Source of the DNA: Auanema rhodensis
Taxonomy: Eukaryota > Animalia > Nematoda
Direction: 5' to 3'
Assembly: GCA_964057225.1 (NCBI GenBank)
Contig: OZ059896.1
Span: forward strand, 12,834,001-12,898,000
Length of the DNA stretch: 64,000 nt
The notes below the pieces were generated by a model. The model saw only the letters and a program-made list of their open reading frames with translations, had not been told where the DNA came from and did not search any database. Below are positions 56,001-64,000 of this stretch, piece after piece. The translations under genes and the position numbers were made by a program. Positions within the stretch are counted from its first letter, which is position 1. Each line of letters opens with the position of its first letter.

Positions 56001-59000
56001 TTAATTAGCAGAAATTAAAGTTCACGTAAATTTCAAAGTCATATTACCATGCACCAATATCAATAAAATTTTGTTATTAGACTAATATGGACATGGGTAA
56101 TCAAATTTTGAAAACCGCATTTCTTTATCTTTCACGGGAAGCGAGTTACATACCATGTGCACATTACGTGTACATTCAATTAGCATAAATTAAAGTTCAC
56201 GTAAATTTCAAAGTTATGATTACCATGAACCAATTTCGATTAATATTTGTTATTAGACTAATATAGACATGAGGAATCTAATTTTGAGAACCGCATTTTT
56301 TTATCTTTCACGGGAAGCGAGTTACATACCATGTGCACATCACGTGTACAATTGATTAGCATAAATTAAAGTTCACGTTAGTTTCAAAGTCATGGTTACC
56401 ATGTATCAATAAAAATTTGTTATTAGACTAATATAGACATGAGGAATCTAATTTTGAAAACCGCATCTCTTTATCTTTAACGGGAAGCGAGTTACATACC
56501 ATGTGCACATCACGTGTACCATTAATTAGCATAAATTAAAGTTCACGTTAATTTCAAAGTCATGGTTACCATGCACCAATATCAATAAAAATTTGTTCTA
56601 AGATTAATATGGACATGGTTCATCTAATTTTGAAAACTCTATTTCTTTATCTTTCACGGGAAGCGAGTTACATACCATGTGCACATCACGTGTACAATTA
56701 ATTAGCATAAATTAAAGTTCACGTTAATTTCAAAGTCATGGTTACCATGTATCAATAAAAATTTGTTATTAGACTAATATAGACATGAGGAATCTAATTT
56801 TGAAAACCGCATCTCTTTATCTTTAACGGGAAGCGAGTTACATATAATGTGCACATCACGTGTACAATTAATTAGCATAAATTAAAGTTCACGTAAAGTT
56901 CAAAGTCATGGTTACCATGTATCAATAAAAATTTGTTATTAGACTAATATAGACATGAGGAATCTAATTTTGAAAACCGCATCTCTTTATCTTTAACGGG
57001 AAGCGAGTTACATATAATGTGCACATCACGTGTACAATTAATTAGCATAAATTAAAAATCACGTAAACTTCAAAGTCATGGTTACCATGCACCAATATCA
57101 ATAAAATTTTGTTATTAGACTAATATGGACATGGGTAATCTAATTTTGAAAACCGCATTTCTTTATCTTTCACGGGAAGCGAGTTACATACCATGTGCAC
57201 ATTACGTGTACATTCAATTAGCATAAATTAAAGTTCACGTAAATTTCAAAGTTATGATTACCATGAACCAATTTCGATTAAAATTTGTTATTAGACTAAT
57301 ATGGACATTAGGAATCTAATTTTGAGAACCGCATTTTTTTATCTTTCACGGGAAGCGAGTTACATACCATGTGCACATTACGTGTACACTTAATTAGCAT
57401 AAATTAAAGTTCACGTAAACTTCAAAGTCATGGTTACCATGCACCAATATCAATAAAATTTTGTTATTAGACTAATATGGACATGGGTAATCTAATTTTG
57501 AAAACCGCATTTCTTTATCTTTCACGGGAAGCGAGTTACATACCATGTGCACATCACGTGTACAATTAATTAGCATAAATTAAAGTTCACGTAAATTTCA
57601 AAGTCATGGTTACCATGTATCAATATCAATAAAAATTTGTTCTAAGATTAATATGGACATGGTTCATCTAATTTTGAAAACTCTATTTCTTTATCTTTCA
57701 CGGGAAGCGAGTTACATACCATGTGCACATCACGTGTACAATTAATTAGCATAAATTAAAGTTCACGTTAATTTCAAAGTCATGGTTACCATGTATCAAT
57801 AAAAATTTGTTATTAGACTAATATAGACATGAGGAATCTAATTTTGAGAACCGCATTTTTTTATCTTTCACGGGAAGCGAGTTACATACCATGTGCACAT
57901 TACGTGTACACTTAATTAGCATAAATTAAAGTTCACGTAAACTTCAAAGTCATGGTTACCATGCACCAATATCAATAAAATTTTGTTATTAGACTAATAT
58001 GGACATGGTTCATCTAATTTTGAAAACTCTATTTCTTTATCTTTCACGGGAAGCGAGTTACATACCATGTGCACATCACGTGTACCATTAATTAGCATAA
58101 ATTAAAGTTCACGTTAATTTCAAAGTCATGGTTACCATGCACCAATATCAATAAAAATTTGTTCTAAGATTAATATGGACATGGTTCATCTAATTTTGAA
58201 AACTCTATTTCTTTATCTTTCACGGGAAGCGAGTTACATACCATGTGCACATCACGTGTACAATTAATTAGCATAAATTAAAGTTCACGTTAATTTCAAA
58301 GTCATGGTTACCATGTATCAATAAAAATTTGTTATTAGACTAATATAGACATGAGGAATCTAATTTTGAAAACCGCATCTCTTTATCTTTAACGGGAAGC
58401 GAGTTACATATAATATGCACATCACGTGTACAATTAATTAGCATAAATTAAAGTTCACGTAAAGTTCAAAGTCATGGTTACCATGTATCAATAAAAATTT
58501 GTTATTAGACTAATATAGACATGAGGAATCTAATTTTGAAAACCGCATCTCTTTATCTTTAACGGGAAGCGAGTTACATATAATGTGCACATCACGTGTA
58601 CAATTAATTAGCATAAATTAAAGTTCACGTAAACTTCAAAGTCATGGTTACCATGAACCAATTTCGATTAAAATTTGTTATTAGACTAATATGGACATTA
58701 GGAATCTAATTTTGAGAACCGCATTTTTTTATCTTTCACGGGAAGCGAGTTACATACCATGTGCACATTACGTGTACAATTAATTAGCATAAATTAAAGT
58801 TCACGTAAATTTCAAAGTTATGATTACCATGAACCAATTTCGATTAAAATTTGTTATTAGACTAATATGGACATTAGGAATCTAATTTTGAGAACCGCAT
58901 TTTTTTATCTTTCACGGGAAGCGAGTTACATACCATGTGCACATTACGTGTACACTTAATTAGCATAAATTAAAGTTCACGTAAACTTCAAAGTCATGGT

Positions 59001-62000
59001 TACCATGCACCAATATCAATAAAATTTTGTTATTAGACTAATATGGACATGGGTAATCTAATTTTGAAAACCGCATTTCTTTATCTTTCACGGGAAGCGA
59101 GTTACATACCATGTGCACATCACGTGTACAATTAATTAGCATAAATTAAAGTTCACGTAAAGTTCAAAGTCATGGTTACCATGTATCAATAAAAATTTGT
59201 TATTAGACTAATATAGACATGAGGAATCTAATTTTGAAAATCGCATCTCTTTATCTTTAACGGGAAGCGAGTTACATATAATGTGCACATCACGTGTACA
59301 ATTAATTAGCATAAATTAAAGTTCACGTAAAGTTCAAAGTCATGGTTACCATGCACCAATATCAATAAAATTTTGTTCTTAGACTAATATGGACATGGGT
59401 TATCTAATTTTGAAAACCGCATTTCTTTATCTTTCACGGGAAGCGAGTTACATACCATGTGCACATCACGTGTACAATTAATTCGCATAAATTAAAGTTC
59501 ACGTAAATTTCAAAGTCATGGTTACCATGCACCAATATGAATAAAAATTTGTTATTAGACTAAAATGGACATGAGGAATCTAATTTTGAGAACCGCATTT
59601 TTTTATCTTTCACGGGAAGCGAGTTACATACCATGTGCACATTACGTGTACAATTAATTAGCATAAATTAAAGTTCACGTAAATTTCAAAGTTATGATTA
59701 CCATGAACCAATATCAATAAAAATTTGTTCTAAGATTAATATGGACATGGTTCATCTAATTTTGAAAACTCTATTTCTTTATCTTTCACGGGAAGCGAGT
59801 TACATACCATGTGCACATCACGTGTACAATTAATTAGCATAAATTAAAGTTCACGTTAATTTCAAAGTCATGGTTACCATGTATCAATAAAAATTTGTTA
59901 TTAGACTAATATAGACATGAGGAATCTAATTTTGAAAACCGCATCTCTTTATCTTTAACGGGAAGCGAGTTACATATAATGCGCACATCACGTGTACAAT
60001 TAATTAGCATAAATTAAAGTTCACGTAAAGTTCAAAGTCATGGTTACCATGTATCAATAAAAATTTGTTATTAGACTAATATAGACATGAGGAATCTAAT
60101 TTTGAAAACCGCATCTCTTTATCTTTAACGGGAAGCGAGTTACATATAATGTGCACATCACGTGTACAATTAATTAGCATAAATTAAAGTTCACGTAAAC
60201 TTCAAAGTCATGGTTACCATGCACCAATATCAATAAAATTTTGTTATTAGACTAATATGGACATTAGGAATCTAATTTTGAGAACCGCTTTTTTTATCTT
60301 TCACGGGAAGCGAGTTACATACCATGTGCACATTACGTGTACACTTAATTAGCATAAATTAAAGTTCACGTAAACTTCAAAGTCATGGTTACCATGCACC
60401 AATATCAATAAAATTTTGTTATTAGACTAATATGGACATGGGTAATCTAATTTTGAAAACCGCATTTCTTTATCTTTCACGGGAAGCGAGTTACATACCA
60501 TGTGCACATCACGTGTACAATTAATTAGCATAAATTAAAGTTCACGTAAATTTCAAAGTCATGGTTACCATGTATCAATAAAAATTTGTTATTAGACTAA
60601 TATAGACATGAGGAATCTAATTTTGAAAATCGCATCTCTTTATCTTTAACGGGAAGCGAGTTACATATAATGTGCACATCACGTGTACAATTAATTAGCA
60701 TAAATTAAAGTTCACGTAAAGTTCAAAGTCATGGTTACCATGTATCAATAAAAATTTGTTATTAGACTAATATAGACATGAGGAATCTAATTTTGAAAAT
60801 CGCATCTCTTTATCTTTAACGGGAAGCGAGTTACATATAATGTGCACATCACGTGTACAATTAATTAGCATAAATTAAAGTTCACGTAAAGTTCAAAGTC
60901 ATGGTTACCATGTATCAATAAAAATTTGTTATTAGACTAATATAGACATGAGGAATCTAATTTTGAAAACCGCATCTCTTTATCTTTAACGGGAAGCGAG
61001 TTACATATAATGTGCACATCACGTGTACAATTAATTAGCATAAATTAAAAATCACGTAAACTTCAAAGTCATGGTTACCATGCACCAATATCAATAAAAT
61101 TTTGTTCTTAGACTAATATGGACATGGGTTATCTAATTTTGAAAACCGCATTTCTTTATCTTTCACGGGAAGCGAGTTACATACCATGTGCACATTACGT
61201 GTACATTCAATTAGCATAAATTAAAGTTCACGTAAATTTCAAAGTTATGATTACCATGAACCAATTTCGATTAAAATTTGTTATTAGACTAATATGGACA
61301 TTAGGAATCTAATTTTGAGAACCGCATTTTTTTATCTTTCACGGGAAGCGAGTTACATACCATGTGCACATTACGTGTACACTTAATTAGCATAAATTAA
61401 AGTTCACGTAAACTTCAAAGTCATGGTTACCATGCACCAATATCAATAAAATTTTGTTATTAGACTAATATGGACATGGGTAATCTAATTTTGAAAACCG
61501 CATTTCTTTATCTTTCACGGGAAGCGAGTTACATACCATGTGCACATCACGTGTACAATTAATTAGCATAAATTAAAGTTCACGTAAATTTCAAAGTCAT
61601 GGTTACCATGTATCAATAAAAATTTGTTATTAGACTAATATAGACATGAGGAATCTAATTTTGAAAATCGCATCTCTTTATCTTTTACGGGAAGCGAGTT
61701 ACATATAATGTGCACATCACGTGTACAATTAATTAGCATAAATTAAAGTTCACGTAAAGTTCAAAGTCATGGTTACCATGTATCAATAAAAATTTGTTAT
61801 TAGACTAATATAGACATGAGGAATCTAATTTTGAAAATCGCATCTCTTTATCTTTAACGGGAAGCGAGTTACATATAATGTGCACATCACGTGTACAATT
61901 AATTAGCATAAATTAAAGTTCACGTAAAGTTCAAAGTCATGGTTACCATGTATCAATAAAAATTTGTTATTAGACTAATATAGACATGAGGAATCTAATT

Positions 62001-64000
62001 TTGAAAACCGCATCTCTTTATCTTTAACGGGAAGCGAGTTACATATAATGTGCACATCACGTGTACAATTAATTAGCATAAATTAAAAATCACGTAAACT
62101 TCAAAGTCATGGTTACCATGCACCAATATCAATAAAATTTTGTTCTTAGACTAATATGGACATGGGTTATCTAATTTTGAAAACCGCATTTCTTTATCTT
62201 TCACGGGAAGCGAGTTACATACCATGTGCACATTACGTGTACATTCAATTAGCATAAATTAAAGTTCACGTAAATTTCAAAGTTATGATTACCATGAACC
62301 AATTTCGATTAAAATTTGTTATTAGACTAATATGGACATTAGGAATCTAATTTTGAGAACCGCATTTTTTTATCTTTCACGGGAAGCGAGTTACATACCA
62401 TGTGCACATTACGTGTACACTTAATTAGCATAAATTAAAGTTCACGTAAACTTCAAAGTCATGGTTACCATGCACCAATATCAATAAAATTTTGTTATTA
62501 GACTAATATGGACATGGGTAATCTAATTTTGAAAACCGCATTTCTTTATCTTTCACGGGAAGCGAGTTACATACCATGTGCACATCACGTGTACAATTAA
62601 TTAGCATAAATTAAAGTTCACGTAAATTTCAAAGTCATGGTTACCATGTATCAATATCAATAAAAATTTGTTCTAAGATTAATATGGACATGGTTCATCT
62701 AATTTTGAAAACTCTATTTCTTTATCTTTCACGGGAAGCGAGTTACATACCATGTGCACATCACGTGTACAATTAATTAGCATAAATTAAAGTTCACGTT
62801 AATTTCAAAGTCATGGTTACCATGTATCAATAAAAATTTGTTATTAGACTAATATAGACATGAGGAATCTAATTTTGAGAACCGCATTTTTTTATCTTTC
62901 ACGGGAAGCGAGTTACATACCATGTGCACATTACGTGTACACTTAATTAGCATAAATTAAAGTTCACGTAAACTTCAAAGTCATGGTTACCATGCACCAA
63001 TATCAATAAAATTTTGTTATTAGACTAATATGGACATGGTTCATCTAATTTTGAAAACTCTATTTCTTTATCTTTCACGGGAAGCGAGTTACATACCATG
63101 TGCACATCACGTGTACCATTAATTAGCATAAATTAAAGTTCACGTTAATTTCAAAGTCATGGTTACCATGCACCAATATCAATAAAAATTTGTTCTAAGA
63201 TTAATATGGACATGGTTCATCTAATTTTGAAAACTCTATTTCTTTATCTTTCACGGGAAGCGAGTTACATACCATGTGCACATCACGTGTACAATTAATT
63301 AGCATAAATTAAAGTTCACGTTAATTTCAAAGTCATGGTTACCATGTATCAATAAAAATTTGTTATTAGACTAATATAGACATGAGGAATCTAATTTTGA
63401 AAACCGCATCTCTTTATCTTTAACGGGAAGCGAGTTACATATAATGTGCACATCACGTGTACAATTAATTAGCATAAATTAAAGTTCACGTAAAGTTCAA
63501 AGTCATGGTTACCATGTATCAATAAAAATTTGTTATTAGACTAATATAGACATGAGGAATCTAATTTTGAAAACCGCATCTCTTTATCTTTAACGGGAAG
63601 CGAGTTACATATAATGTGCACATCACGTGTACAATTAATTAGCATAAATTAAAGTTCACGTAAACTTCAAAGTCATGGTTACCATGAACCAATTTCGATT
63701 AAAATTTGTTATTAGACTAATATGGACATTAGGAATCTAATTTTGAGAACCGCATTTTTTTATCTTTCACGGGAAGCGAGTTACATACCATGTGCACATT
63801 ACGTGTACAATTAATTAGCATAAATTAAAGTTCACGTAAATTTCAAAGTTATGATTACCATGAACCAATTTCGATTAAAATTTGTTATTAGACTAATATG
63901 GACATTAGAAATCTAATTTTGAGAACCGCATTTTTTTATCTTTCACGGGAAGCGAGTTACATACCATGTGCACATTACGTGTACACTTAATTAGCATAAA
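41098..64000. repeat. satellite DNA, 176-bp monomer (170 and 175-bp variants), about 130 copies, runs off the window
   Basis: CGGGAA recurs at 41115, 41291, 41467, 41643, 41819 and 41989; head-to-tail throughout. Confidence 0.99.

Noticed and set aside
41098-64000. CRISPR-like array
   Set aside because: Whole 176-bp monomers repeat with no unique spacers, there are no cas genes, and the context is eukaryotic.

Overview
Eukaryotic, AT-rich, repeat-only region, most likely nematode (TTTTAG/TTTCAG splice acceptors, 40-45 nt introns, nematode-like tRNA-Gln, BEL and Maverick types). No ordinary host protein gene is visible. Left to right: (1) 1-3316, the 5' half of a decayed Ty3/Gypsy-type element with a gag-signal peptide-env fusion, nested in the env of (2) a BEL/Pao element (3317-9705) with a phlebovirus-Gc-like env remnant. 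(3) A small tRNA-Gln(CTG) repeat cluster (852-bp unit) hit by several insertions: BEL junctions about 50 bp upstream of two tRNA copies, a Dada-like DDE transposon in the A box of one copy (internally triplicated, 3 x 1944 bp), and a 246-bp insert with a 24-bp duplication in the T-arm of another. (4) A second decayed BEL (18299-22542) joined by deletion to (5) the right part of a Maverick/Polinton (22543-41097: major capsid, core-like protein, cysteine protease, C2H2 cargo, minor capsid, ATPase, integrase, a spliced D-box/CDK-site gene, terminus AGTAGAGAG). Its minor capsid gene is split by (6) a full-length, recently inserted but defective Gypsy element (25762-35634) with the unusual order gag-env(gB/chuvirus-like)-TM-protease-RT-RH-IN. 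(7) 41098-64000 is a 176-bp satellite array with higher-order repeats. All family assignments come from motif recognition by eye; no searches were run.
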